Origin: an uncultured Oligella sp.
GTDB lineage: Bacteria > Pseudomonadota > Gammaproteobacteria > Burkholderiales > Burkholderiaceae_B
DNA length: 64,000 nucleotides
Direction: 5' to 3'
NCBI GenBank assembly: GCA_947632105.1
Contig: CANROD010000006.1
Location: 6,296 to 70,295, forward strand
The position numbers and the translations under genes were made by a program. This document shows, piece by piece, positions 63,197 through 64,000 of this stretch (position 1 is the stretch's first letter; every line of letters starts with the position of its first letter). The notes beneath the pieces are model-generated. The model was given only the letters and a program-made list of their open reading frames with translations, was not told the origin of the DNA and ran no database searches.

Positions 63197-64000
63197 TTAT
63201 AACCAATCTAAAGAACGGTTGCGAACTAATCGTCGCTCCTTCACGCGACGAGTTAAACCTACCCGATCAAAGTATTCTAAAATTTGAATCGCTCGCTTAC
63301 GACCTAAGCCAGAAACATCTCTAAAATCTGTCGTGACAATATTATCCTGTGGCTCTAACTCAAGTACAAGATGAGCCATTTTTTGTAAGGCTCTTCGGTG
63401 ATAAAAAAGATCGTTAACCACCTGAAAAATCTCTCCCTGACGATTTAAGCGTCGTAACACTTGACGCACATCAGACTCCTCAACTTCTAGTTGTTTAGTA
63501 ATATCACGAACCCACGGTGGATTTACACCACCCTCTTCAATCAACGGTAGAATCAGCTCTGCTAAGGCCACCTCTTGCTCAGACAAGACAGGAATATGCC
63601 CAGGCAAATGCAATAAACTACGTGTACGACCGAGCTTCCCATGATCGACTAAATGACGCACCAGCAATTGCCAGAGCACCTCTGGGATTTTGGGTAACAC
63701 CATACGCCGTAGACGTAACACCTCAACTCCTACCTCATCTGGAGATTGCTCGTGAAACTCGACTAAACGAGTTAATACCTGATCAGCTAAGCGATTCCAG
63801 TGACTTTCTAAAATCCAAATAGTTTGTGTTTTTAGACCAACCGGCACTAACTCAAATACGCCAACTGGTCTATCTAGCTTATCTAAGGGTTTACCAGTTA
63901 AACGTAAAAGCGTTTTTTCACTCAAACCGTAGGGTGCCTTATCCAGCAATACTTCAATACCGGCACCGTTCAAGAATGCCAATACGGTATCTAACCAAGC
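63197..64000 (-). CDS. selB: Selenocysteine-specific elongation factor, C-terminal winged-helix part (runs off window end)
   Basis: Frame is open to the window edge; FRD..GLGRKRAIQILEYFDRVG.TRR SECIS-binding motif; adjacent to selC and selD. Confidence 0.93.
   Translation of the reverse strand, partial: AWLDTVLAFLNGAGIEVLLDKAPYGLSEKTLLRLTGKPLDKLDRPVGVFELVPVGLKTQTIWILESHWNRLADQVLTRLVEFHEQSPDEVGVEVLRLRRMVLPKIPEVLWQLLVRHLVDHGKLGRTRSLLHLPGHIPVLSEQEVALAELILPLIEEGGVNPPWVRDITKQLEVEESDVRQVLRRLNRQGEIFQVVNDLFYHRRALQKMAHLVLELEPQDNIVTTDFRDVSGLGRKRAIQILEYFDRVGLTRRVKERRLVRNRSLDWL

Noticed and set aside
1-64000. CRISPR array, prophage, IS element, rRNA, or tmRNA next to smpB
   Set aside because: No regularly spaced repeats, phage or transposase ORFs, or rRNA/tmRNA signatures were seen by eye; nearly all sequence is accounted for by core genes.

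Overview
An AT-rich (by eye about 40% GC), gene-dense core-chromosome segment from a betaproteobacterium. Gene order and protein sequences resemble Burkholderiales/Alcaligenaceae; this is an inference, not a database result. In order: molybdate uptake and Moco genes (modCBA, moaC, mog, moaA); ankyrin-tatD-holB-tmk-mltG; ygfZ; ratAB/smpB; ppsA/ppsR; the rpsB-tsf-pyrH-frr-uppS-cdsA-dxr-rseP-bamA-skp-lpxD-fabZ-lpxA-lpxB-rnhB cluster; map-glnD-marC-dsbB; folC-dedD-cvpA-purF; aceE-aceF-lpdA with a divergent FixL/FixJ-like pair followed by folD-prlC-sco; a GST-like gene; livHMGF; and a selenocysteine locus (selB, tRNA-Sec, selD) continuing into proC and yhhQ. I saw no CRISPR array, integrase, transposase or prophage gene. 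Three observations stand out. (1) purF has an intact PRPP site, but its glutaminase site is altered at several positions (Cys1->Ser, the Gln-binding Asp->Asn, a remodelled Q-loop) and its C-terminus is shortened, suggesting an ammonia-dependent or repurposed enzyme. (2) A ~235-nt multi-hairpin element lies between the convergent dsbB and purF (candidate ncRNA). (3) The moaA 5' leader has mutually exclusive pairings over the ribosome-binding site (candidate non-canonical Moco switch).
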